NCBI GenBank assembly: GCA_964019335.1
Contig: OZ025664.1
Span: 682,001-746,000 of the forward strand
DNA: 64,000 nt
Reading direction: 5' to 3'
Source: Diplonema japonicum
Lineage: Eukaryota > Protista > Euglenozoa: Diplonemea
Shown here: positions 1 through 11,413 of the stretch, piece by piece
Layout: each line of letters begins with the position of its first letter
How positions within the stretch are numbered: position 1 is the stretch's first letter
The notes under the pieces: generated by a model
Database searches by the model: none
Seen by the model: the letters and a program-made list of their open reading frames with translations, nothing else
What the model was told of the DNA's origin: nothing
Translations under genes and position numbers: made by a program

Positions 1-181
1 GAAGCCAAGGAGTGATCCCAGTTCTTTTGTTTGTTTGAAGGCATCCCGTGAAACTATTTATGGGGTCTTCAGGTAAGCCTTTCCCCATTCTTGTTTACCT
101 CCCTCTTTACCATACCTACATACCTTATTCTTTTTGTGCTTGCGAACCATACTAACAGAAGAGGCTAGTGGCTGCGCCGAG

Positions 182-2266
182 ATGGAGACAAATCCAATGA
201 TGGTTTTTTGCAGGCTGGTGAAGGAGAGCGAAAGGAAAAGGATACAGATACGGGGTAATACCGTAGAAATAAGAGAGAAGGAAGGGGAGAAAAAGGAGTA
301 CTCTGTCGATGGGTGTTTTGGTGAAGGGGTGAGCCAGTTTGAGTTGTATAAAAGTGTTGGGATCCCAACTGTAGCGCAGGTGCTGAAGGGAAGGAATGGG
401 TCGATCATAAGCTGCGGGGGTGAAGGTAGTGGGAAGACATTCACGCTGTTTGGGGTCAACGAGGGGAATTGCATCAACCTAAAGGACGACCAGCGAGGCC
501 TCGCAGTGCGCATCATTGACTGCATCTTTGCCAGAGTTGGTGGCACTGCTCTGAATGTCTCTGTGGCTCAAGCCCTGCTCTGCCAAGACGACGCTGCCCT
601 CGATCTCCTCTCCGACTACTCACCCTTGAACCCCGCCACCAAGCAGCTCTCCTTCGACACCTCTCATGTCCTCTCTGCCCTCCCAGACACTGACCCCTTC
701 CGCATATGGAGCACAGTCCTCCCCACGCACACCATCATATGCACCCCCTCCAAAGATGAAGTTCTCAACACTATCTCCTGCACTGCCTCCACGGTCACCA
801 AGGGTGACCACGTCACCATGCTGAGATTGGAGTGGATTGCAGAAGGTGGCACTAAAATGGTCAGCAACCTCCTTTTCGTAGACTGCTCCCCTGTCTACTC
901 CAAGTCCATCCACAATCTGCGGGACGTTGCGCTTGCCCTCAAGTCAGGCTCCCAGCACCGCCCTTCTTACTCCCGGTTCAGGCTCACCAGACTGCTGCGC
1001 TCTGACTTCTCTCATCAGAGTTGTACCTGCACGAAGATCGTCTGCCATATGAAGGACACGCCCTTCGACCTTGACATCTTCGACGCGTCGTCTATTCTCA
1101 GCTTCACATCGCTCGCGAAGAAGATACCCCGCACGCCCTCCTTCACACCCATGTTCCAGCCTGTAAAACCGAAGGCCCTGCCGCTGCCTGAATGCAAGCC
1201 ACAGGAATCTACAATCCGACCTCAGCAGGACGCACAACCGCACGCCATGTTCACATCGTACTTGCAGCTGCTGACCAAGCAGCTACGCGAAAAGGAAGAG
1301 GAGTGCAAAGCAATAAAGAACAGCGCCTCGCACACAGAGAGCACGCTGATCGCCTTGAAGTCTGAGAATCAGGCGCTGCTAACGAAGCTGCAGGCGATAG
1401 AAAACAGTAGTAGCGATCAGGAAGTGGACATCGATGATGGGGAGGGGCCACTCTTACAACCCTTCAAGCAGCCGTCGGAGATGTGCAGTGTAGCAGGGTC
1501 GGATTCCTGCGAGGAGGAGGTGGAGGTGGAAGTGGTCGAGTGTTCGCCTGTTGACGAGAAAAAGAAAGGGATACGCACTATTGAGGAGTGTGAGAATAAG
1601 ATACAACAGCTAACAAAGGCGCTGTACGGAACGCGGCAGGAGGTGAAGGACATAGGGCGGAAGCTGGATGAGTCCGAGAGACACAAGCAGGACGTCATAA
1701 GCAAGTACATCTCAGCAGCGTCAAGGTTAGAGGAGAACAGGAAGTGGCTGAGGAAGCTTAAGAGAAGCTTGCAGTGCGAGAAAGAGAAGAACCTTCCAGC
1801 TCTGAATGAAGGGCTGAAGTTCAAGAAAGCAGCAGAGGAGGAGGCGAGGAGGAAGGAGAAAGAGAATGAAGAGTTGAAAGAGATGGTGCAGTCTCTGCAG
1901 CTCATGGTGGGACATTTGTCGGCAGAGTACAACAGAAGGATGCAGACAGCAGTCATGATGAACACCTCGCGCGACCCGAACAGCCTTGATGTAGATGAAC
2001 TGCTGTCGGAGAACACTGCTCTGAAGGACAACATCAGCAGCATCATGAGGATCATGGAGTCTTGCTACAGCGAAAACACGCACCTCTCTCACCGTAACAG
2101 CAAGGTTTCTACACAACTGTCCCGAGCCAACGAGACCATCACGGTCCTCGAACAGCACATCCTCCGCAATAAGTCCCCCCTCTCACATACAGACCCCAAT
2201 GCCATCCGCTCTAGAGCAGGCTGGTCCACAGAACAGTACCCGGAACAAAGTGCCATTGATTCTTAA
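182..2266 (+). CDS. Divergent kinesin-like protein (N-terminal motor-like domain plus coiled-coil tail)
   Basis: First ATG at 182. 'YSVDGCF', P-loop GGEGSGKTFTLFG and 'RPSYSRFRLTRLLR' (like HIPYRDSKLTRLLQ) are present, followed by long heptad-rich coils. Switch I and II motifs are degenerate. Confidence 0.8.
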   Translation: METNPMMVFCRLVKESERKRIQIRGNTVEIREKEGEKKEYSVDGCFGEGVSQFELYKSVGIPTVAQVLKGRNGSIISCGGEGSGKTFTLFGVNEGNCINLKDDQRGLAVRIIDCIFARVGGTALNVSVAQALLCQDDAALDLLSDYSPLNPATKQLSFDTSHVLSALPDTDPFRIWSTVLPTHTIICTPSKDEVLNTISCTASTVTKGDHVTMLRLEWIAEGGTKMVSNLLFVDCSPVYSKSIHNLRDVALALKSGSQHRPSYSRFRLTRLLRSDFSHQSCTCTKIVCHMKDTPFDLDIFDASSILSFTSLAKKIPRTPSFTPMFQPVKPKALPLPECKPQESTIRPQQDAQPHAMFTSYLQLLTKQLREKEEECKAIKNSASHTESTLIALKSENQALLTKLQAIENSSSDQEVDIDDGEGPLLQPFKQPSEMCSVAGSDSCEEEVEVEVVECSPVDEKKKGIRTIEECENKIQQLTKALYGTRQEVKDIGRKLDESERHKQDVISKYISAASRLEENRKWLRKLKRSLQCEKEKNLPALNEGLKFKKAAEEEARRKEKENEELKEMVQSLQLMVGHLSAEYNRRMQTAVMMNTSRDPNSLDVDELLSENTALKDNISSIMRIMESCYSENTHLSHRNSKVSTQLSRANETITVLEQHILRNKSPLSHTDPNAIRSRAGWSTEQYPEQSAIDS

Positions 2267-2507
2267 CAAACCTTGCTGCGTTTCCACGCCACTTGGTTTT
2301 CAAATTAAAAGCGCCTTTGTTTGCATAAGTTCTTGAATCTTTCAATCGTCCTTTTCCCGTGCCCCCCCCCCCCCCCCCCCCCCTCTTCAAAAGTGTCCTT
2401 AACTTTCTTAATTACACCCTCCATAGCTCTTATGGCATTTCGAAGTCTGCTAAATGTATTATGTTACCTTGTTTTCCTTGTTTCTACAAACACCACCAGG
2501 CAGCACC

Positions 2508-3769
2508 ATGGAGAGCGAGGATCAGGTGGGGCGGGAGTATTTGACAGATGAGGTATGTCGCTTGATAAACGACACCAACCATTGTAGATGCTCGTGCAGT
2601 CGACTAGGTGTAGAGACCTCACTAAGGTGAAGAAGCTAGAGATGGTGTTGGACACTGACGTGATGGTGCTCGGGGAGATAGGGCGTAGGCTGCCCTCATT
2701 GGTGCAGCTTAAGATTAATGGCAGCAACATAAGCAGCGTTAGGGACCTGGGTACTTCACTCTCTGGACTGAAGGTGTTGTGGCTCAACAGAGGGAACCTG
2801 ACGAGCTTGGCAGGCATTTCCGCTATGAGCTCACTGGAAGAGCTGTACGTGGCCTTTAACTACATCACCGATATCAGCCCCCTTGCTGGACTGCCCAACA
2901 TCACTACGCTGGACCTTGAAGGCAACCAAATCACTTCCCGTGACGACATCCAGGTCTTGAACGAGTGCCCTAGGCTCACGGCCCTTTCGTTGGAGGGCAA
3001 CCCTATCTCTGACGAGCGGGACTACCGCTCCTTTATCAATGCTACTCTTCCCACGCTCCAGTACCTGGACGACATCGATGTGAGTGACTCACCCTCTGAG
3101 GAGCCCGTCACGCCCTCACGGCGTGTTGAACGAGCGGAGCCGCAGGAGTGGACGGAGTGCGAAAAGGAGGGCAACAAAGATCTGGCAAACCTGATTGAGT
3201 CGATGAAGCGCGACATCGAGACCAAGACAGAGGCAGAGACAGCGGGTGTCACTGAGGCTGTTATGCGAGCACGGGAGAGGCAGTTGGTGCAAGAGAGCAT
3301 CAAGCGCTCGAACACCGTCCTGTACACCGATGTATCGGGCAGCCGGCCTGGCACTGCTGTACGGCCGTCGACAACAGGCCGACCTCTCTCGATGTGTGGT
3401 GTGAGGCCCGGGACAGCAGCTGCAGGGGGTGTTGCCAGGTTCCATGACACGTCGGTTTTGAAGGAATTGCCTTTTGATACCTCGTCGGCCACTGCCCTGA
3501 CTCAGGGCACCTCTGTGTTCTGTGGGAACCCCACAAAGTCCCTGCGGAATAAGAAGATGGACAACAACATGGTATCTTCGCACACCTCGTCCACCCTAGC
3601 GCAGTCACTCGACACACGCGGTGACGATGCTGTCCTGGAGTCTGTCATAGCATCCAAGCTCACCTTCACCATGAGCAGCGACCACAGCATCGACTCCTCT
3701 TTCATCACCGACGGCTTCACAGATGCCCTCTCCCTCAATGACTTTGCACCCATCGAATCCTCGTTGTAA
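2508..3769 (+). CDS. LRRC56: Leucine-rich repeat protein LRRC56 (flagellar dynein transport factor); exons 2508-2552 and 2588-3769
   Basis: LKINGSNISSVRDLGTSLSGLKVLWL...LEELYVAFNYITDISPL...LDLEGN...LSLEGNP closely matches recalled LRRC56. A 35-nt GTATGT..TAG intron (2553-2587) adds the in-frame N-terminus MESEDQVGREYLTDE. Confidence 0.85.
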
Positions 3770-3993
3770 ATACTACTGGTGAGAATCAGACAAGTTAAAT
3801 GCTTTTAGGCTAAGTTCCTCTCTATTCTTCCCCGTCTACCCTTACTGTTTAATAGTCAAGTTACCTCTTGTTTATGTTGCTTTTGAGTACTTCACGCGAC
3901 ACACAGAATGGGCAGTCACTGTGTTTGTGCTGGAGGAGTGCAGGAGCTTGAGGGCCAGCGCTTTGTTACACAGAAGCATGTATTGTGTTTAGA

Positions 3994-4302
3994 ATGAGGT
4001 GAGCATGTTGAAGGAAGATCTTGCAGCGAGCATCATGAATCATATGCAAGAGAACGACAGGTGGGAAGAGATGAATGGAGTAACTAGAATAAGTTACAAG
4101 ATGCATCATGGTCAGTCAGATATTGCACTCCCGAACCTCCTCCCTACCCCTTTGAAGAGGAGAGTGACAAGTTCCTAGAGGCAGTCAATCGGAGACTGTA
4201 CAGTCCGACGGTGATCCAGAGGACGCCTTGAACTCCTCTGTGGAACTCGCTGAGGAGCAGCTACGAGCCACCAAAGTCAGCATCGCGGCCTTCCGGCTGT
4301 AG
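3994..4302 (+). CDS. Putative ~75-aa acidic protein built from four micro-exons (absent from the ORF track)
   Basis: Removing introns 3999-4026, 4061-4087/4093 and 4181/4184-4203 gives the open frame MSEHHESYARERQ..LQDASWSVRYCTPEPPPYPFEEESDKFLE..SDGDPEDALNSSVELAEEQLRATKVSIAAFRL*. Confidence 0.5.
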
Positions 4303-4379
4303 AATAATATAATTGTATTTCAGCATTGTCGACTCTCTCTTGCTTCTTGCCATAACACCACTGCTTCACTACAGGGACC

Positions 4380-6072
4380 ATGCGGGCGCTTATAGGATGT
4401 GTCTTGCTGCTGTGTGCAGGAATACTTGTGAAAGGCGACGGTGCTGATCACGTCATCACTGACCCGAAGCATAATAACAAACACTTGAAGGTATGCCGTC
4501 GGGGAAGGCTGGAAGAATTAAAAAAAGAAAAAAAGAAAAACAAAAAAAAAAAGAAAAAGAAAAAAAAAAAAAAAAAAAAAAACAGAAATGCGACGAGCAG
4601 TCCGACTGCTCCTACGAGAGGTACTGCGTGTACGACTCGAAGTACGATAACGAGACGCAGCAGGTCTGCCTTCACAAGACGATGTTCCCAAACTTCTCGA
4701 TCAGGGACGGTCTTGCCATTGCTGCTATCTTCTTCGGTACGATGCTTGCAGCCAGTGCCGGTATTGGAGGTGGAGGGCTCAACACGCCTGTTTTTGTCCT
4801 CATCACCGGCTTCATCATCCAGGAGGCGACTCCTCTGTCGCACGTCACTGTCTTCGGCAACAGTCTTGCACAGTTCGTGATCAATGTATGCACCTGACAC
4901 CACTGCAATCACCACAGTACCCCCTCCGCCACCCGTTTGTGAGGGAGCCCGGCCGCCCCCTGATCGACTACACGGTACCGTTGATCCTGCTCCCCCCTCA
5001 GCTTGGGGGCAACAACCTAGGCGTGCTCCTGAACCCCATGATCCCTGCGGACATCTTGATTGTACTTGCGGAGTTGCTGCTTCTCTATGCGACTGTGCGT
5101 GTCTTCCAGAAGGGTGTCGCTATGTACAAGCTTGAGGCGGATTTGCGTAAATGCGCAGACGCCGACGAGGCCAGCCAGCTGACGGAGACCACTGAGCACA
5201 GCGATGCAGTGGTGGGGCTGTACAAACCAGAGGACCCGGGTATACATCTCAACAAAGTGAGCGCCGATGAGGACATCGCGTACGACGAGGAGAGGGCGAT
5301 GGAGATCAGGGAGCAGGATGCGAAGATACCCATGAAGTACGTGGGGCTCATGTTGGTGTTCTGGATGCTGTTCGCGGCAGGGTACGTGGGCCTCAAGGAG
5401 TCAGGGAAGTGCTCTGCAGGGTACTGGGTCATCCTGGTCAGCATGTACCCCGTGCTGGTGTTCTTCTTGGTGTACGGCTCGAAGCTTATTAAGCGGGACA
5501 ACATAGAGCGGGAAGCAGTAGGGCTGACGACAGCCGAGGGGGACATCAATTGGACGCCGAAGAAGTTGATCGTGGCACCTATTCTGGCGTGCGGGGTGGG
5601 CACTGTGGCTGGGCTCTTAGGTCTGGGCGGTGGCGAGTTGATGGCACCACTGCTTCTGGAGATGGGAATGCTCCCCAAGGTATGGACTACTATGCCCACC
5701 ATGCACCTTATCTAACTCCAACAGATGGCAAGTGCTACCTCTGCCTACATGATCATCTGGACGACATCCTCTGATATGGTCCACTACTCTGTGGGGGGCG
5801 ACCTCCCTGCTGGCTACTCTGCTGTCTTCTGCTCATTGGGTTTTGTGGGTGGGCTGCTAGGCAGGTTCCTTGCCATCCGCTTCGTTGCAAAGTATGGGAA
5901 AAAAAGAAAGAAAGAAAGACAAACACACCACCCACACAGATATAACCGCCAGTCCATTATCGCACTCGCCCTTGGCGCTGTTCTTGCCCTCTCTATGATT
6001 CTCTTTGCTTACAGGGCTGCTACTGCCGATCCTTCGGACCCTTGGTGGCCTCCTCAGGGCCCTTGCAACTAG
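4380..6072 (+). CDS. Sulfite exporter TauE/SafE-family membrane protein; introns 4491-4585, 4886-4917, 5680-5724, 5892-5939
   Basis: Signal peptide, AASAGIGGGG and GLLGLGGGE motifs, 'RHP....PLIDY', 'ASATS' and multiple TM helices. Four GTATG..CAG introns join the ORF-track fragments in frame. Confidence 0.88.
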
Positions 6073-7578
6073 GCGGTTTGAGAAGAAAGAAAAGATGAGG
6101 AAAGAGGGAAAAAAAGAAAAAAGAAAAAAAAGAAAATGACATTTTAAGGATACATCCATCAGCAAGGTGAGCAGGGGTAATAGAAAATGGCGGATTACCG
6201 GAAATCACTTTTATCTTTCCCCCTACCCCACACCCCCTTTTTTTTAAATTGTTGTGGCTCTCCCTAACTTTTCTCTTTCCTCTTCGTTCTACGCGCGAAA
6301 AGAAAAAAAAGAAAAACAACTGCAGAAAAAAGAAAAATAGAAACGTCCAGTGTTGTTTTTCGCATTCGTTTTAGAAAAAAGAAGAAGAAAAAAAGAAAAG
6401 AAAAATTGAAAAAGGGATATTCTTTTCTTTGTTGCTCTCGTTTCTTTAACAGTAGAGAGACAAAAGATTTTTTTTTTAAAAATAATAATAATCAAGGGAG
6501 GATACTCATACATCCTCTTCGTTCTTTTTGTTTTGTTTCCGTGATCTTGTTTCCTTTTACTCCTTCTCTTGTCAGTCCCTCTTTCATTATTTCCTTTTTA
6601 TTTTTTTTTATATTTTTTTTTTATATTCTGCACTTCTTTTTTATTCCGAATAAAAAAAAGAAAGACATGGTATCCAGTAGTAACCGATCGCCAATGGGTT
6701 TTTCCCCCTCCTTTTTTTTTTTGAAGATTGTTTTCCGAATCAATCGCGATCCAGTTTTTAATCACCAGCTTTCAGTATTGGTAGACACACCTGTAGCCCA
6801 ACTAAGATTGAAAATCGTATCTAATCTAAAACTTCTCGGGTCGGGTTCCTCAAAACCATGCGGTGATCGGTTATTTTTGGAATACTATCCAAAGAGTTTT
6901 CTTCTTTTTTTTTTCTTCCACCATAGCCAACGTGAACCCTTTTTCCTCTTTCCAGCATTCGGCACCGAAAAGTAGTAAAGGTACAACGATGGAGAAACGA
7001 GTTTCCCCCCGCCCCCCTTTTTTTATTCATACCCAAACTTAGGTCCTCTTTCTCTATTTATTTTTGTTTTTTTTCTCTTTCCAAAGGCTCTCTTCTTATG
7101 GTGCTTATTATTTTTTTTTTTCTAGTCAAGGGGGACGAAGGAGGGGGGACGGCAGTGCGTGTAGTTCCGACTAAAGAAAAGAGGGAGGGTGGGAGAAAAA
7201 AAAACAAGGGGGAGGGGGAAAAAAAAAGAAAAAGGGGGGAAAAAACACCCCCCCCCTCCTCCTTTCTTAAGTAACCCGCGTACATTCGGTTGTAGGTAAA
7301 GATCAGGAACGAAAAACGAAAAGAAAAAAGAAAAACCTGCAGCTTTCCCCCCTCTTTCTTTTTTTTTTTGACCATATGTCCCTCTTCTCCCCTCGGCTTT
7401 GCTCTCCCTGCCTGTTCATCCGGTTGCAATGGCACTACGATTTATATTATTACTACATCCAATTTCTTTTTTTAGGGGAAGAGGCGGCTATTTGACCTAC
7501 AAAAAAGCGAGAAAAAGAGAAACCCAGGAAGGGGGGGGGGGGGGAAAGAAAGAGGAAGAAAAAGAAAAAAAAAAAACA

Positions 7579-8682
7579 ATGGCAGGGGATGCAAAGATAG
7601 GCGATCGTGTCGTAGTGGAAGGGCTGAAGCAGAGCGGGATGAACGGCCTCGAAGGAACGTTGCTAGAGATAGATGCCACAGGGCGATTGGTAGTGTCTCT
7701 GGATGACATGCTGGGAAAGCACTACTCATTCAAAAGAGAGAATGTTCACAAGGCCACCATACACATAACAAACATGCCTGACAAAGAAACAACCGCCGAG
7801 GAAAGCGACCCCAATAAGACCAGGCGGATCTACGCAGTGCTGATACTGCTCTGCGTAGTGGGTTTTCTGTATCACAAGAACACGGTGAGCAGCAGGCATG
7901 AGCGAGAGCTTCGACGGCTTCAGGAAGTACACGCTCGGACATTTGATCAAGCAATCAATGACCACATACAGAACGTGGACGCCAAGCAGCTGCTAGCCCC
8001 GACGCCGCAGCCGACCACCTTTGACGACAGCTTGAAAAACGTTTTTGCAAAGATCGCTACGCGGTTTCGCAGCCAGCTATTCAAAGACGGGGAATACATG
8101 TGCGTCCGCATGTCGCCTGGGCTTCTGTTGAGCGATGCCATCGCCGCCCACAACGTAACATGGATCTCCTTTGGGCAGGACGCTCCGCAATCTGAGTTCA
8201 TGGTGCGCTGCTACCAAAGCATGGTCAAGATGGTCGACAAGACAGCCGCCTCTGTCAACAGGCAGGTATATGTTGTTCGTGATGGTGACGACACCGCCAC
8301 GCTCGGCACCAAGGAGGAGACCATGTTCCTCGAGGACGCCATGCGGTGGGTCGTCTCCCGTATGTCACCTGCAACCTCCATTTGCGGCGACCAGCACCGC
8401 CTCTTAGAAAGCTTGCAAACGGCAGACGGTATCTTGATGCAAAACACGCCTAACGGGTGCAACTTCATCGAGAGACTCATCTGCTCGCAAGCTTCTCTCG
8501 TAATGCAGTTCGGCGGCCCACGTGACACGATAGCCACAGCAGGAAAGGGGATATACTATCCCACCTGCGGAGATTTCAGCACACGGAGGAGAACTGCACA
8601 AGACAGGGACAAAGACAAAGACAAAGACAAAGAAGGAACCCCAGACACCACACAAGAACCCATGTCGGAGGTTCGTGTATAG
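7579..8682 (+). CDS. Hypothetical single-pass membrane protein (small N-terminal SH3/KOW-like beta domain, TM helix, large C-terminal domain)
   Basis: ATG follows an A-tract. GDRVVVEGL..MNG..G....GRLVV.L pattern and hydrophobic IYAVLILLCVVGFLY. Confidence 0.65.
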   Translation: MAGDAKIGDRVVVEGLKQSGMNGLEGTLLEIDATGRLVVSLDDMLGKHYSFKRENVHKATIHITNMPDKETTAEESDPNKTRRIYAVLILLCVVGFLYHKNTVSSRHERELRRLQEVHARTFDQAINDHIQNVDAKQLLAPTPQPTTFDDSLKNVFAKIATRFRSQLFKDGEYMCVRMSPGLLLSDAIAAHNVTWISFGQDAPQSEFMVRCYQSMVKMVDKTAASVNRQVYVVRDGDDTATLGTKEETMFLEDAMRWVVSRMSPATSICGDQHRLLESLQTADGILMQNTPNGCNFIERLICSQASLVMQFGGPRDTIATAGKGIYYPTCGDFSTRRRTAQDRDKDKDKDKEGTPDTTQEPMSEVRV

Positions 8683-8695
8683 TGTTAATCGCAGG

Positions 8696-8723
8696 GTAGG
8701 TAGGTAGGTAGGTAGGTAGGTAG
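8696..8723. repeat. (GTAG)n microsatellite in a short intergenic spacer
   Basis: About 7 tandem gtag units read directly. Confidence 0.9.
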
Positions 8724-8783
8724 TGGGGATCGAGTCGTTTTATTAGTTTAAGACTCCCATCTATGAACTGCACATAGGGTAAT

Positions 8784-9981
8784 ATGAAGAGGCTGTCGAA
8801 GTTGTACCCCGTGGCAGCAGAGAAGGCATGCAGCATAGGTAATGTGAAGATACCGTTCAGGAGCGAAGGGGGAAGGAGCCTTATGATGTGTGGGATGGGT
8901 GCGTTCAAGGACGTGAAAAGCCTGATGAGGCTGGAGGGTCAGGCTCTGTTCCCCATGGGTGTGACAGAGAAGGAGTGGCAGGGAGACGCCGAGGTTGGCG
9001 ACGACTTGCTGTTTGGAGACCTCACTCCGATTGTTGTCACAGTGAGCAAATGGGAAGACAGCACTGTGGGACCCTACAGTGAAGTCCAGTTCTGCAACAT
9101 AGCCACCTATCACAGGATGAACGTGCCTTTCAAGAGGCACCCTTACCTTTCCCCCTACGTCCTTGAGAACATCCCTGCCTCGCGGTTGTACCCAATGCTC
9201 ACCATCACAGACTCCCCCAAGTACGCAGCAATATCAACAGAACTGTACCACCTCCCCACGGTGTGCAGACCTGAGCTCAATATCATAGAAGATGAAAAAG
9301 GAGTGAAAGGGTTCAGTGGTGTTGAGGGCAACACACATATCCCCGAGATCGTAGGAGTGGACATAGGTGTTGAGGTGGGCGATAGCAGTGAAGGGCTCCG
9401 GGAGTGGGGTGAGAAGTGGATGCACGTGTCGCAAACCATCGGGCTGGACAGGCTGTTTGTCAACTGCTTGGAGGGGAGGAGACATTTAAAGTACACCATA
9501 CCTCACGGGAGGAGCACTGTGACTGGGAGAGCCATAAACGACTACAAGGGAACGAGGAACCCGCTGGGTGTGGTGTCGGGTGTCGATTTGAAGGAGCACG
9601 CTGCTAAGTGCGGTGCAGACTATCATTTGGTGTACCACAATGCGAAGAACCAGTACACGCGGAAGTGGTGTAGCACCGACAAGGCCACATTGCCCTCCTT
9701 CCAGCCTGACGTGATTGTGCAGACCTCAGGTCTGTCAAGCATCAGACAGCTCCCGCAGCCCACGGTGCTGCCCTTCCACACGTCCGACCAAAAGCGTGGT
9801 GAGCTCAACCGCCTGTCACTAGAGTGCTCCGAAGCGCTTGCATCCCGACAGCCAAGCATCGAGCAGCCAGGTATGCCACACAACACTGCCCAGCACAACA
9901 GACGAGTTCCGCGAACCCACGCCGCTTATCGATCTCCAGAAGCGCGACCGCAAGATGCAAGGGGCACAGTGGAAGGGCTGA
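8784..9981 (+). CDS. Hypothetical protein, possibly acetoacetate-decarboxylase-like fold; intron 9871-9901
   Basis: Long ORF. 'DSTVGPYSEV' resembles the ADC-superfamily GPYxE motif. A 31-nt GTATG..CAG intron gives the end ...DEFREPTPLIDLQKRDRKMQGAQWKG*. Confidence 0.6.
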
Positions 9982-10196
9982 TGCCCACCTGTCCCCGCAG
10001 TAGTGTTCCTTTGCTTTACGTTAGTATTCATTAGTAACTAAAAGACTCCGCCGTTTACCATACCAAAGGCACTCCTTGCTGATGGCGATTGAGGGCCGTA
10101 GCAGTCGGCATGAAAGGTATGCTGCACGCACCATGTAATGCACACAGCGTGTACTCGAAGAAGGAGCGCAAGAAGGAGAAAAAGAAAAAAGATGAC

Positions 10197-10871
10197 ATGC
10201 TAAGTGGAGCTATTGATCTCGTGGGACAGCTTATGGGTGCTGTCCCCTTAGCCGTGTTGGGGGGTGTTGCTTACGCTGTGTTGGTGACCGTGCTGTTTGT
10301 TTCTTGGTACGGTGTGTCTTCGCAGGCCAGTGTGCTGCACCATGAGATTGCACTGCTGCAGGGCAACCCTAGATTGAGGGAACTGGAACGTGTGGAGTTG
10401 TCGAAGCTGCTGTTGGAAAGGCTCTACGACGACTACTCGTACCTCCTGGAAGAGGTGGAGCACGCAATGGAGATGGAGAACGTAACACGGCGTGGAGGGT
10501 CCGGGTTTGCCTACTCGCTTCTGCTGCCGGAACTATTCTCAGGATTACAGCTCATTAATAACGTCAGCCGTCAGTGTAGGGAGGATGCGCAGCATATGCT
10601 GCTCTTGAAGCTTGCCTCTGCGGACCCCTCTGGCATCGGGGGACCCGAGTGGGGGTTCAAGCGTGACGAGCAGATAAGAGCCACTCTTGGAGCGCCACTG
10701 CGCCACACCCAGGATACAGACCCTATCCCTGACCCACGCACTACTTGGATGCCTAGCTTCACGACTCCTGATATCGCGATGCCTCTGAAGACGTCGTCTC
10801 TGGGCTTTGCGCAGTTCCGTTATGTCCTCATAGTGCTGCTTGTTGTCGTCCTTGTGACACGAGCTGTATAG
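10197..10871 (+). CDS. Hypothetical membrane protein with N- and C-terminal TM segments
   Basis: ATG after an A-tract, two clear hydrophobic stretches, coding-like composition. Confidence 0.65.
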   Translation: MLSGAIDLVGQLMGAVPLAVLGGVAYAVLVTVLFVSWYGVSSQASVLHHEIALLQGNPRLRELERVELSKLLLERLYDDYSYLLEEVEHAMEMENVTRRGGSGFAYSLLLPELFSGLQLINNVSRQCREDAQHMLLLKLASADPSGIGGPEWGFKRDEQIRATLGAPLRHTQDTDPIPDPRTTWMPSFTTPDIAMPLKTSSLGFAQFRYVLIVLLVVVLVTRAV

Positions 10872-10934
10872 TTTTAGTCTTTGTTTTTTTGAGTACGCTG
10901 TGCACACCACCACAGTATTAATATTACAACAAGA

Positions 10935-11276
10935 ATGACGACTGTTCCGTACAGCGGGCCTGCAGGGCAGCTCTCGTACAGGAGGGAGGCAGAGGGTGGG
11001 CTTGCCGAGCGTCCCGACTTCTTTAGGGCGAGGATCAGGGACCCGGAGCTGCAGCTGAAGGCAGAGACGCACGCTGCGCACTCGAATATCGACAACACCT
11101 TCCTTGCCTCGCAGGTGGCCTCCAACGAGGCATGGAGCCACAGGATGCGACAGATCCACGGCGAGGCCCACCACCGGATCGACGCTGTGCGTGCAGTGTC
11201 TCCTCCGAAGCCCACCTACGTCGCTTCGTATTCCCCCACCCAGAACGGCCCCCCGTCCCCCCTAACTTACATGTAA
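10935..11276 (+). CDS. Hypothetical 113-aa protein
   Basis: GC-rich ORF filling the gap between neighbouring genes on the same strand. Confidence 0.65.
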   Translation: MTTVPYSGPAGQLSYRREAEGGLAERPDFFRARIRDPELQLKAETHAAHSNIDNTFLASQVASNEAWSHRMRQIHGEAHHRIDAVRAVSPPKPTYVASYSPTQNGPPSPLTYM

Positions 11277-11413
11277 GCCAGCTATGTTGTACAATGTGTT
11301 TTAAAGTTGGTTGTTGTCTCCCTCCCCACTGTTTGTCTTTGTTTATTTGTCTGTTTTTTCGACCTACTCTTTACATTTATACGTCAGTCAACCACAGGAG
11401 CTTGCTATCAGAT

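Noticed and set aside
6020-7435. Phe- and Lys-rich ORFs in homopolymer regions (also 12900-16400, 40775-43013, 50903-51636, 52315-52737)
   Set aside because: They are translations of poly-T and poly-A tracts with no protein-like signal.
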